Positions 52,858 to 61,797 of a stretch of 64,000 nt of DNA are shown piece after piece. Origin of the DNA: a virus; IMG/VR virus record IMGVR_UViG_3300022602_000037. One strand, 5' to 3'. Within the stretch, counting starts at the first letter, position 1. The number at the start of each line of letters is the position of its first letter. A program made the position numbers and the translations under genes. Below the pieces are notes generated by a model. The model had not been told where the DNA came from, did not search any database, and was given only the letters and a program-made list of their open reading frames with translations.

Positions 52858-52884
52858 TTATTTAGGCCCGTTAATCACCAAATA

Positions 52885-53332
52885 AGCCCGCACAGGCGTT
52901 GCTATTGTGCCCTGAATCCGTTCTGATGTGTGACGGCAAGGTAGTTCTGCTTGGTGACAGAGTTATAAATCACTATCCCTTACCGGACGCTGACGGAATA
53001 TGCCTCAAATCCGTTTGATTTATAAGTAGGAGAATAAGGCTAAAAGAGGAGTAGTAGCTCCACGGTTATTAAGCGTTTAGTGTTGTTTAATAGCCCGCCG
53101 TCATATAAAGACTCAGCTCGTGGTACCGGATGACCGCCACTGTAATGCTGAAACACTAGGGTGATATTGTTCGACTCAGATAATGTCCACTCATTTTGCC
53201 CGCTAGGGCAAAGTGTGACTGAACGATCTAGATAATATCTTAACGCTTCGCGTTTAATTAAAGATTTTCTACTTCTAGATAGTTCGAGCCAAAGCGAAGA
53301 ACAGAAGAACGCAAGTTCTTCTTTGAACTGTC
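52885..53332 (+). ncRNA. Candidate large structured non-coding RNA
   Basis: Many nested stems with G-U pairs that work only on the + strand, a long-range 11-bp helix and a 7-9 bp pseudoknot; ends approximate. Confidence 0.7.
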
Positions 53333-53340
53333 GATAAATA
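53333..53340 (+). promoter_or_regulatory. Late promoter GATAAATA, probably giving a leaderless mRNA
   Basis: 5 nt before ATG 53346; no SD. Confidence 0.7.
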
Positions 53341-53345
53341 TCATT

Positions 53346-54296
53346 ATGAAAATCCACGAATTAGTTGAAGATAATACAAGATCTGATGAAAGCCTTGCTA
53401 CTTGGCTAGTTAGTACAGGTGCTAAGTTAGGCGGAAAGCAAGCAGTAAAAGCTGGACTTAAAGCGGCACCCACGGCTACTAAACTAGGTTCACAAGCAGT
53501 ACAAACAGCGGCCAAGAGCAAGGGTGTTGTGGGAGTTGCTGTAGAGTTTGGCCAGCTGGTCAGTAAGATAGTCAAAGTTTTTATCACACTGGGATTTGGT
53601 TATAGCGTAGCACAGCCTATTTACAGTTATTATAAAAATGTCACTAAAATTGAAGACATGTATAAAAATGGTGAAGTTACCCAGGAAGAATATCAGTATC
53701 AGCGTCAACAACTAATGGGATTGATGATTACACGAGTAGCTGTAGTTCTAGAAGCTGCCGCAATCTTAGGTAGTGCCGCTGGTGTTCTAAAAGTATTCAA
53801 AATTCTAATTGGCTGGGTTCCTGGTTTAGGTAAAGTTTTAAGTTCATTAATTGGTATACTGGAAGGTGGTAATGCTGTGGCCGCTGCCGGTGCTATTACT
53901 TTGATCAACAGCAAATGGGGCAGTGAGTGGATTACTAAAATTGCATTTTATCATCTTAGTGAAATATTTCCCAGTTTGAAAGGCACTTCATGGGATATGG
54001 ATCTAGCAGATGTGCTAGGTGCAGGTGGTACATTTATTGTAGATGGTGTTAAGAAAATTTCAGACAGTGTATTAGGCACACACTTACAAGATCCAGCAGA
54101 TGCTCCTATCAAGAATCAAAATAAACCTAACACACCTACTGATCCTAATGCGGCTGCCGACCAAGCGGCTGGTGATCTTGCAGACAAACAACATAAAGAT
54201 CAACAGACTAAATCAGATGACAAGTGGGATCAAATAGGTCCTGGTAGAGAACAGAATCGTCGTACTGGTGTAATACGCATGAACGACAAGTATTAA
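53346..54296 (+). CDS. Hydrophobic, probably virion-internal or ejected protein
   Basis: 316 aa; MKIHELVE N-terminus; several long G/A-rich hydrophobic segments. Confidence 0.65.
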   Translation: MKIHELVEDNTRSDESLATWLVSTGAKLGGKQAVKAGLKAAPTATKLGSQAVQTAAKSKGVVGVAVEFGQLVSKIVKVFITLGFGYSVAQPIYSYYKNVTKIEDMYKNGEVTQEEYQYQRQQLMGLMITRVAVVLEAAAILGSAAGVLKVFKILIGWVPGLGKVLSSLIGILEGGNAVAAAGAITLINSKWGSEWITKIAFYHLSEIFPSLKGTSWDMDLADVLGAGGTFIVDGVKKISDSVLGTHLQDPADAPIKNQNKPNTPTDPNAAADQAAGDLADKQHKDQQTKSDDKWDQIGPGREQNRRTGVIRMNDKY

Positions 54297-54526
54297 ATTA
54301 GTGGCATACCACTATTTTTAGTATTTTCAAAGTTGTCGTTGATTATTTCGTAGAAAATTTCTCGGTCGTCACGGCTGTATCGATCTAATAGATCATTTAC
54401 AGTAACGCCGCCCCGCATGTACCAACTTATTCTATACAACTCTAATTTGAAATTTTTAACGTATTTGTCAAGCCCAATCAGTTCTTGTTCAATTTCCTGG
54501 ACGGAAAGACCGATTAGGCTGGTTCG
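54293..54526 (-). CDS. gp51-like frame, probably reached by -1 frameshift from the gp26-like gene
   Basis: 77-codon frame RTSLIGLSVQEIEQELIGLDKYVKNFKLELYRISWYMRGG...SGMPLI*; missing from the ORF track; no 5' start codon. Confidence 0.7.
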   Translation of the reverse strand, partial: RTSLIGLSVQEIEQELIGLDKYVKNFKLELYRISWYMRGGVTVNDLLDRYSRDDREIFYEIINDNFENTKNSGMPLI

Positions 54527-55341
54527 AAAAAAGTTGTTTGGTCCATGGTAATTGTGATGTCATTTGCTTCATGACAGTTACTACATTCTAAAGTAAACGT
54601 AGGAATCATTAACAAGTCTCTATTTTTTTCAAATTGATCTTTAATACGAGCAAACACACTACGATCGCAATTGGCCAACCATTCATCTATATAAGCACGT
54701 TCGGTTACATTAATCTTGGCAGTTTGTACACTTTCGATACTGAGACTATATAATTCATTTTGCATACGACCTAGTTCATCAAATAGACTGTTTAGGATTC
54801 GTTGCTGTTCTTTTTCATCTTCTAGTTGTTGTGCTTGCGAGAATTTTTGTTGTAACTGGAAATTTCTCATGCCAAAATCGTTACTTTGTTCATAGGTCAA
54901 CGGTTGCATTTTGATTACTAGATCATCTAAGACTAGTTCATTAGCAAATTTTACGTTGCTAAAATGTTCCACTAGACGATTTAGATCAACTGTATAGTCG
55001 CTAAGTTCTCCACAGTGTTTGCAAGTTTTTTCAACTTCCATGTTAGACCCAAATGTAGCAATGCGTATAGCAGTAAAAATTAAATCAGTATCAATTACGC
55101 TAAGTTCCTTGGCATTCTTAATGCTAGGACAACAACTTTCAATAACTCTAATATTGCTTTCTCCAGTGAGCAAGGCATCTGGCGTTTTCATGATAATTTC
55201 ATCCATGCCAGTCATGCCATAAACTGGTATAGCATTGACATCTCCTGCAATAGTGCCAGGTTTACTGTAAATGCCTTGACTGGGCAACCTTACAAAAATT
55301 TTGGGCTGTCTAAAATGTTGTGCTAACGGGTTATTTGCCAT
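54514..55341 (-). CDS. Baseplate hub/tail assembly chaperone (T4 gp26-like)
   Basis: LPS.G..Y, MT..DE, D.D.I..AIR..T.G, two CxxC pairs, C-terminal FF; start moved to MANNPL with SD AGGAG. Confidence 0.75.
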   Translation of the reverse strand: MANNPLAQHFRQPKIFVRLPSQGIYSKPGTIAGDVNAIPVYGMTGMDEIIMKTPDALLTGESNIRVIESCCPSIKNAKELSVIDTDLIFTAIRIATFGSNMEVEKTCKHCGELSDYTVDLNRLVEHFSNVKFANELVLDDLVIKMQPLTYEQSNDFGMRNFQLQQKFSQAQQLEDEKEQQRILNSLFDELGRMQNELYSLSIESVQTAKINVTERAYIDEWLANCDRSVFARIKDQFEKNRDLLMIPTFTLECSNCHEANDITITMDQTTFFEPA

Positions 55342-55354
55342 GGTTTTGGCTCCT

Positions 55355-55380
55355 GATAAATATAATATATAGTATTTATA
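55355..55380. promoter_or_regulatory. Face-to-face late promoters for the divergent tape-measure and gp26-like genes
   Basis: GATAAATA (+, 55355-55362) and TATAAATA (-, 55380-55373). Confidence 0.7.
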
Positions 55381-55404
55381 TACGCATATTTCTGGTAGAA
55401 AATA

Positions 55405-58104
55405 ATGGATGACATTCAACAACAGATATTAGATCAGCTTAAAGAAAACAATAGATTACTTTCCGGCAATCGAGACTCTGGCAATTCCGCGGCTCAAAAA
55501 TCTAGCGGCGGTAACAGTAATAGTAGCGGAGGAGTTGAAGGATTTGGTAAACTAGGAGAAGCTACTAATAGATTGATGAACAGTCAATACAAGGCATCCG
55601 ATGCCTTGCAGGATGGCGCCGGTATTGTTAGTAAAGTTTTTCCTAAATTAGGAGAAGCATTCGGCGGAACTGCCAAATATGTAACTGATACCAATGAAGC
55701 ACTTAAACAAAGTGGCAAATCTGGAGTTAATTTTGCTGGAGATTTAGGTCAGGCTAGAGAAAGTATATCAGGTGCCAGACTTACCATGGACCAGTACAAT
55801 CAACTGGTTCGTAAAAGCAGTAGTGACATGACTGGGCTTGGTCAAGGTGTGGATCAAGGTACTAAGAATTTCTTAAAATTAAATCAAGCTGTTATTGAAC
55901 AAACTGATGTTAATGATAGTCTAGCACAAAGTTTGATGCAAAGCGGTGTCACTGCTGACGATTTCAGTAAAGCTACTCAATTGGTAACATTAAACAGTCG
56001 TGCAGGACTGTTACAAGACAAAGAACGTTCTGCTCGTGCTGTACAAAGTGCTATCGAACTAGCAGACGAGATGGATCGTTTGGCCAAGATCACTGGTAAG
56101 AGCAAAGAACAACAGGCTAGCGACTTAGAAAAACAAATGCGTAAAGCAGACGTTCAAGCAACATTGTTGCAAATGGACGATCAGCAACAGCAAAACTATA
56201 AGAAAGCACAATTAACTTTTGGTACATTAGGCGAGGGTGTACAAGATCTAGCTAGTGAAATTGTAACAGGCGGTGTACGTACTAAAGAAGGTGCGGCCGC
56301 TATGAGTGCTTTAGGCCCAGCAGGTAAAGAATTTGAAAATGCATTGAAGCAACAGATGGCTGCTCGTACTCCAGCAGAAAAAGCCGCTGCCGAAGCTTCA
56401 ATGAATCTTGCAAAACAACATATTACTGAATATCAATCCAGTAAAGAATATAGAGATAAACTGGCATATGACCGTAGTGCTAGTGGCGATGCGGCTAGAA
56501 AAATGTTTACCGACAACAAAGAAATGCAAGGTAAACTAGAAACAGCGCAATTAATAGAAAAAAAGACTGGCGCACCAGCTAAATCAGAAGATGTAGTAGC
56601 CGCACAGCAAAAGGCTGCTGATAGACAAACAAAAGGTCAAGATGTAGATACTGGAAAAGAATTGCCAGGTGCAGGTACGGCTAGGGCATTGAACACTGCG
56701 GACATGCAACTTGGTAGTGTGAGTGCTGGTCTGAACAGTAAGTTCAAACAATTGAATGACAATCTTGCCCCTAGTCCAGAAGCTATTAGAAAATTTAACG
56801 AAGCGTTACAGAGCAAGGGTCTTGGTACCCAAGAAGGTGTAAACAATGCTATAGGCGAAGGAGTTACGGCAGCTCAGGATCTGATTGGCGTAAAACCCAA
56901 AGTTGAAGAATCCAAGATGACCACTAAATTGGATAGCGAAGGCAATATAGTTAAACGTGCAGGTGGCAGTCCAGGAGTACAGGATTTCTTAAAAGGCGGG
57001 TCATTTGACGGAATGTTTGAACAGTTTGGTAAAGGTACTCCGGCAATACTACATGGCGAAGAAATGGTTGCCACCAAAGATCAAATGACTAAAATGTTAA
57101 GTGGCATGCAAGGGCAAATGCAAGGTGCTATGAAAAGCGCACCAGATCAATTGCAAGGTATGTCAGAGCAAATGCAAGGCATGATGAAAAATATGCCAGG
57201 TGTTGGTGGCAGTTTCAATGTTAGCGATACGATGAAAGGCATGGAAGGCGCACAAGGGTTAGCAGTTAAGGAACCTAGTTTAGAAGAATTAAAAAAACAA
57301 GCAATGTCTATGAGTGCAACTGCAAGTACCGCAGAAAAAGAAGCACTTAGTAAAAAAATTCAAGCGGCAACTCCTAAGGAAACTATAGATAAGTCTATGC
57401 TGGAGAAAAAAGACACAGGCGGTTCTCAAAATCTAAAAAAAGACATTGAAATTCCTGATGAAGATCCTAAAGTAGCAGAAATGAAAAAGGCTGAGCGTGA
57501 TATCGTACTTGCCAAGAACGATGCACAACGAGCAGCCGCAGAAGAAAAATTGGCTTTTCTTAAAAAACAAGCTATAGATCAAGGTCGAAAAGACGCAGAA
57601 GAACGTGCAAAAGCAACTGGCGCTGTAGCTAAAGATACTACAGTAGGTATAAAGGAAAAAACTCCTGAACCACCTAAAACTGAAGATTTCAAAGATGGAT
57701 CAAAAGATCCTAAAGTATTAGAATTACAAAAACATCTAATTGAAGCTGGTGCCAAGATAAAAGCAGACGGTATCATGGGTCCATTGACTCGTGCGGCCCA
57801 AGAAAAATTTGGTAATGTTGGACAAACAGGTTCTGTTACTGCAAAAACAGCTGAAATACCAAAAGTTACACCACCGGCACCTAAAACAGAAGAGGCTAAA
57901 CCAGCCGAAGCTGACAAACCCAAACAAGAAGAAGCTAAATCATCTGGACCGGTAACAGGAGAAGTAACCATGAAAGACATTAAAGACCAACTTGTTCACT
58001 TAAATACTAACATAGAAAAGCTAGTTAATCATAGTGCCTCGTCTGCTGATGCCGCCCATAAGCAGGTTAAAGCTACTAAGAGTTTGAGTGGTAACAGGCT
58101 TTAA
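55405..58104 (+). CDS. Tape-measure-like protein with a C-terminal peptidoglycan-binding domain
   Basis: 899 aa, helical and A/Q/K-rich; LHG.E.V motif; V.ELQ..L...G....ADGIMGPLTRAA; next to the chaperone gene. Confidence 0.65.
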   Translation: MDDIQQQILDQLKENNRLLSGNRDSGNSAAQKSSGGNSNSSGGVEGFGKLGEATNRLMNSQYKASDALQDGAGIVSKVFPKLGEAFGGTAKYVTDTNEALKQSGKSGVNFAGDLGQARESISGARLTMDQYNQLVRKSSSDMTGLGQGVDQGTKNFLKLNQAVIEQTDVNDSLAQSLMQSGVTADDFSKATQLVTLNSRAGLLQDKERSARAVQSAIELADEMDRLAKITGKSKEQQASDLEKQMRKADVQATLLQMDDQQQQNYKKAQLTFGTLGEGVQDLASEIVTGGVRTKEGAAAMSALGPAGKEFENALKQQMAARTPAEKAAAEASMNLAKQHITEYQSSKEYRDKLAYDRSASGDAARKMFTDNKEMQGKLETAQLIEKKTGAPAKSEDVVAAQQKAADRQTKGQDVDTGKELPGAGTARALNTADMQLGSVSAGLNSKFKQLNDNLAPSPEAIRKFNEALQSKGLGTQEGVNNAIGEGVTAAQDLIGVKPKVEESKMTTKLDSEGNIVKRAGGSPGVQDFLKGGSFDGMFEQFGKGTPAILHGEEMVATKDQMTKMLSGMQGQMQGAMKSAPDQLQGMSEQMQGMMKNMPGVGGSFNVSDTMKGMEGAQGLAVKEPSLEELKKQAMSMSATASTAEKEALSKKIQAATPKETIDKSMLEKKDTGGSQNLKKDIEIPDEDPKVAEMKKAERDIVLAKNDAQRAAAEEKLAFLKKQAIDQGRKDAEERAKATGAVAKDTTVGIKEKTPEPPKTEDFKDGSKDPKVLELQKHLIEAGAKIKADGIMGPLTRAAQEKFGNVGQTGSVTAKTAEIPKVTPPAPKTEEAKPAEADKPKQEEAKSSGPVTGEVTMKDIKDQLVHLNTNIEKLVNHSASSADAAHKQVKATKSLSGNRL

Positions 58105-58116
58105 GGATAAAATTTA

Positions 58117-59862
58117 ATGAGTTGGAAAAAATATTTCACACCAGTAGCTGTAAATGGCGAGATGCTTGGTCCTATAAACGGAACAAACAGTGGTAATCGT
58201 CCAGGTCCGGCTCGTAGTAACTATAGTTCTTATCTTCCAGATGTTTATACGGGCAGTCCTAATCGTGTAGAACGCTATCAGCAGTATGAAGTAATGGATT
58301 CAGATCCTGAAGTCAATGCGGCTTTGGATATATTAGCTGAATTTTGTACACAAAAATTAAAAGATAGCAATATTCCTTTTGAAGTTAAGTGGAGACACAA
58401 AGCAACTAACGTAGAAATACGTGTATTAGGTGAATATCTACAGCAATGGTGTAAACTACAACAATTTGATACAAAGATTTTTCGTATAGTACGTAATACA
58501 TTCAAATACGGAGACTGTTTTTTCATACGAGATCCTGAAAATCAAAAATGGTCTTGGGTAGAACCAAGCAATTTGATCAAGGTAATTGTAAACGAAAGTG
58601 AAGGTAAAAAGCCAGAACAGTTTGTAATTAAAGATCTAGCACCTAATTTTGAAAATTTAGTTGCTACAATGATTACTCCTAACATGAATCCTAAGCAAAC
58701 TGGTGGTGGTCCATTACCGGCTAGCGGTTATTTAGGATCGAGCGGTAGTCAAAAAGGTAGTACAAGCAGTGGTGGATCTAGTGGAAGCAATCGTTTTGGC
58801 ATCCAATACAAAGAAAATGCCATAGATGCCAAGCATATAGTTCACTTATCACTGTCAGAAGGCCTAGATCAGAACTTTCCTTTTGGAAATAGTTTGTTAG
58901 AAAATATATTCAAAGTATACAAACAGAAGGAATTACTAGAAGATGCCATCCTAATCTATCGTATACAACGTGCTCCAGAACGTAGAGTGTTCCATATTGA
59001 CGTTGGAAACATGCCAAGTCACTTGGCAATGGCATTTGTTGAGCGTGTTAAGAACGAAATTCATCAAAGACGCATACCTAGTCAAACAGGTGGCGGGCAA
59101 AACGTTATTGATAGCGCATATAATCCATTATCAATCAACGAAGATTACTTCTTTCCTAAGACAGCAGATGGTAAAGGATCAGATGTTACCATGCTTGAAG
59201 GTGGTAAAAACATTGGTGAAATCGATGATTTGAAGTATTTTACTAACAAATTGTTCCGTGGATTGCGTATTCCTAGCAGTTATTTGCCTACAGGAGCAGA
59301 TGAAAGTCAAACTGCCTTTAATGATGGTCGTGTTGGTACTGCATATATCCAAGAATTGCGTTTTAACAAGTATTGCGAACGTTTACAATCGCTATTAACC
59401 GCAGTATTTGATGAAGAATTTAAGATGTTCATGCACAGTAAAGGCTTGAATATTGATAGTAATTTGTTTGAATTAAAGTTTAATCCACCAATGAACTTTG
59501 CAAGTAGCCGTCAAGCGGCTATAGATGCTGAACGTATCAATACTTTTAATACTATACAAGCGATTCCTTTTGTATCAAAACGCTTTGCAATGAAGCGTTT
59601 CTTAGGACTAACAGCAGAAGAAGTAGCAGAAAATGAACGCATGTGGGCTGAAGAAAATGGTAAAGGACAGCCAACTACTACAGATAGTGCTGGAGAATTG
59701 CGTAGTGCTGGCTTATCTGCTAGCGGAATTGAAGGAGATATAGGTGCTGCCGGAGATATGGATGCTCCTGAAGACATGCAAGATGCCGATACTGGAGAAG
59801 CAGGAGCGGTAGGAGGAGCACCGACACAACCTGGAGCACCTCCTGCACCCGGTGGCGCATAA
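58117..59862 (+). CDS. Portal protein (T4 gp20-like)
   Basis: LLEDAILIYRIQRAPERRVFHIDVGNMP, EDYFFP, L.GG.N.GEIDD..YF..KL...L..P.S. Confidence 0.95.
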   Translation: MSWKKYFTPVAVNGEMLGPINGTNSGNRPGPARSNYSSYLPDVYTGSPNRVERYQQYEVMDSDPEVNAALDILAEFCTQKLKDSNIPFEVKWRHKATNVEIRVLGEYLQQWCKLQQFDTKIFRIVRNTFKYGDCFFIRDPENQKWSWVEPSNLIKVIVNESEGKKPEQFVIKDLAPNFENLVATMITPNMNPKQTGGGPLPASGYLGSSGSQKGSTSSGGSSGSNRFGIQYKENAIDAKHIVHLSLSEGLDQNFPFGNSLLENIFKVYKQKELLEDAILIYRIQRAPERRVFHIDVGNMPSHLAMAFVERVKNEIHQRRIPSQTGGGQNVIDSAYNPLSINEDYFFPKTADGKGSDVTMLEGGKNIGEIDDLKYFTNKLFRGLRIPSSYLPTGADESQTAFNDGRVGTAYIQELRFNKYCERLQSLLTAVFDEEFKMFMHSKGLNIDSNLFELKFNPPMNFASSRQAAIDAERINTFNTIQAIPFVSKRFAMKRFLGLTAEEVAENERMWAEENGKGQPTTTDSAGELRSAGLSASGIEGDIGAAGDMDAPEDMQDADTGEAGAVGGAPTQPGAPPAPGGA

Positions 59863-59865
59863 ATA
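59858..59865 (+). promoter_or_regulatory. Late promoter CATAAATA (leaderless spacing)
   Basis: Overlaps the portal stop codon; 4 nt before ATG 59870. Confidence 0.6.
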
Positions 59866-59869
59866 TCAT

Positions 59870-60112
59870 ATGATCCTAAGAGAATTATTTTACATTGATC
59901 CTGATACTCGTCATGTTGCAAACGATTTGCGATACGAGCCTAAGCGTGACAATAGTCAAATGCATAGAAGCGATACACGTAAAACAAGATTAACTCTTAA
60001 ACAACTTAACGAACTGCGTAAGAGTAGTGAAGCGCATATACTAGAACAAGAAAATGAATTAGAATTTATTCATTCTATGTATGCTACTCCTGCTCCTGCG
60101 CCAGCACAATAA
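59870..60112 (+). CDS. Small head-module protein
   Basis: Start moved to MILRELF; DTRKTRLTL.QLN.LR. Confidence 0.8.
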   Translation: MILRELFYIDPDTRHVANDLRYEPKRDNSQMHRSDTRKTRLTLKQLNELRKSSEAHILEQENELEFIHSMYATPAPAPAQ

Positions 60113-60113
60113 T

Positions 60114-60140
60114 AAAAACGGCCAGAAATTGGCCGTTTTT
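60114..60140. terminator. Bidirectional intrinsic terminator
   Basis: AAAAACGGCCA-GAAAT-TGGCCGTTTTT. Confidence 0.85.
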
Positions 60141-60217
60141 GCTATATAAGTACACTATTTTTTAATAATAGTGTAAATAATAAACAGCCTTGTAACACAA
60201 TTCACAGGAGACTAAAC

Positions 60218-61132
60218 ATGACTGACCGCGCTCAATTTGAAGCAATGTTGGAAGCACTTATCAATAACGATCAAGATGCTGCCAAAGAAATATTTCACAA
60301 TATCGTAGTAGGCAAAAGCCGTGAAATCTACGAAGAATTACTAGCAGAAGATTTTAGCCAAGATACTGGCAATCCTTATTCAAATAAATCTGAAGGCATG
60401 GAAGAAGAGGAAGAAGAATCCATGGAAGAAGAGGGAATGGAAGAGGAAGAAGAGGAAGAAGAGGAAGAAGAATCTGCTGGTGAAGAAGAAGAATCAGATG
60501 ATTCTGAAGACGATTCTGAAGATGAGCCAGAGGATGACGATGGCGAAGAAGAGCCAGATTTTGGTGGCGACGAAGAAGGTGAAGGCGATATCGAAGATCG
60601 CGTAATGGATCTAGAAGATGCATTAGAAGACCTAAAAGCAGAATTTGAACAGCTATTAGCTGGTGAAGAACACGAAGAAGAAGAACATCCAGGCGTACAC
60701 GGTGACGGCATGCCAATGCACGATATCGAAGGTGAAATGGATGAAATGGGTATGCCAGTGATGGAGTATGTTAATAAAGTTGCTCCACCAAAGCATGGCG
60801 ACAACGGTGTTAACACAAAGTCAACTATTGACAACATGAAGAACGATATGGGCGGTTCTGCAAAGAACATTGCACAAAGTTTTTCAACAGAAAAAGGCGG
60901 TACACAAGGTGGTTTGGCCAAGCCAACAACTGGTGATTTAACAGCCGGGTTGGATGTACACAATCGTCCAGGTAGTGATGCAGGCAAAAAAGCATTTAAG
61001 AAACAAGTACCAGGTGGTGGAATCGATCGTCAAAGCGGTTTCAATAAGCCAGGTAAGCAAGTTGGTGCAACTGACTCAAGTGGACGCGGCGAAAGCAACA
61101 CTAAGTCATTGATCAGCAAGCGTGTAAGATAA
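60218..61132 (+). CDS. Highly acidic prohead core-like protein
   Basis: Long E/D tracts, basic C-terminus, between portal and protease; SD AGGAG; GTAAATA upstream. Confidence 0.65.
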   Translation: MTDRAQFEAMLEALINNDQDAAKEIFHNIVVGKSREIYEELLAEDFSQDTGNPYSNKSEGMEEEEEESMEEEGMEEEEEEEEEEESAGEEEESDDSEDDSEDEPEDDDGEEEPDFGGDEEGEGDIEDRVMDLEDALEDLKAEFEQLLAGEEHEEEEHPGVHGDGMPMHDIEGEMDEMGMPVMEYVNKVAPPKHGDNGVNTKSTIDNMKNDMGGSAKNIAQSFSTEKGGTQGGLAKPTTGDLTAGLDVHNRPGSDAGKKAFKKQVPGGGIDRQSGFNKPGKQVGATDSSGRGESNTKSLISKRVR

Positions 61133-61152
61133 TAAAGAGTACATACTAATAT

Positions 61153-61782
61153 ATGTCACTATACCTCCGAGAGAATCTCAGTTTCAACGAAGCAAAAATG
61201 ATCGTTGAGTCTGATGACAAAGATGGGAAAAGCCTATACATGTCCGGGATTTGTATCCAGGGCGGTATTCGCAACGCTAACCAGCGTGTTTACCCTGTGA
61301 ATGAGATTGGCAAGGCTGTCAAGACCCTAAACGATCAGATTCAAAACGGTTATTCAGTTCTCGGGGAAGTAGATCATCCAGATGATCTAAAAATTAACCT
61401 GGACCGTGTAAGCCATATGATAGTTAATATGTGGATGGACGGTCCAAACGGTTACGGGAAGTTGAAAATACTTCCAACACCAATGGGACAACTAATCAAG
61501 ACAATGCTGGAAAGCGGAGTCAAGTTAGGAGTGTCAAGTCGCGGATCCGGAAACGTCAGAGATGACGGATCCGGTGAAGTATCGGATTTTGAGATTATCA
61601 CAGTAGATATGGTAGCTCAACCTAGTGCTCCTGGAGCATATCCCACACCAATTTATGAACACCTTATGAATAATAAGGGAGGATTAAGTGCCTTACGCAT
61701 AGCGCAAGAGGTTAAGGGTGATCCTAAAGCACAGAAATATCTCAAAGAGAGCTTATTAGGTATAATAAGCAGACTCCAATAA
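61153..61782 (+). CDS. Prohead protease (T4 gp21-like)
   Basis: N.N.R.YP, LGEVDHP, VSH, TPMG, GVSSRG.G, D.V..PS...A. Confidence 0.95.
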   Translation: MSLYLRENLSFNEAKMIVESDDKDGKSLYMSGICIQGGIRNANQRVYPVNEIGKAVKTLNDQIQNGYSVLGEVDHPDDLKINLDRVSHMIVNMWMDGPNGYGKLKILPTPMGQLIKTMLESGVKLGVSSRGSGNVRDDGSGEVSDFEIITVDMVAQPSAPGAYPTPIYEHLMNNKGGLSALRIAQEVKGDPKAQKYLKESLLGIISRLQ

Positions 61783-61797
61783 CAAGGAGAATCATAT

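Noticed and set aside
52921-53155. Hammerhead ribozyme or group I intron (CTGATG...GAAAC-like pieces)
   Set aside because: The core reads CTGATGT rather than CTGANGA, stems are not arranged as a hammerhead, no P7-type intron elements were recognised, and no gene is interrupted
53040-53357. 105-aa minus-strand ORF across the structured region
   Set aside because: No SD, atypical composition and antisense to its neighbours; the G-U pattern favours a + strand RNA
55342-55422. Longer N-termini given by the ORF track (also 6055, 47398, 59852)
   Set aside because: They overlap promoters or neighbouring genes; downstream ATGs have better SD or promoter context
60354-60987. Minus-strand Ser- or Leu-rich ORFs and the GAA-rich repeat tract
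   Set aside because: Shadows of the poly-Glu/Asp tract of the acidic head protein; not a CRISPR array or separate gene
61540-61600. Two CGGATCCGG copies and short stems in the gp21-like gene
   Set aside because: Explained by repeated Gly-Ser-Gly codons; I saw no long alternative frame and the structure evidence is weak
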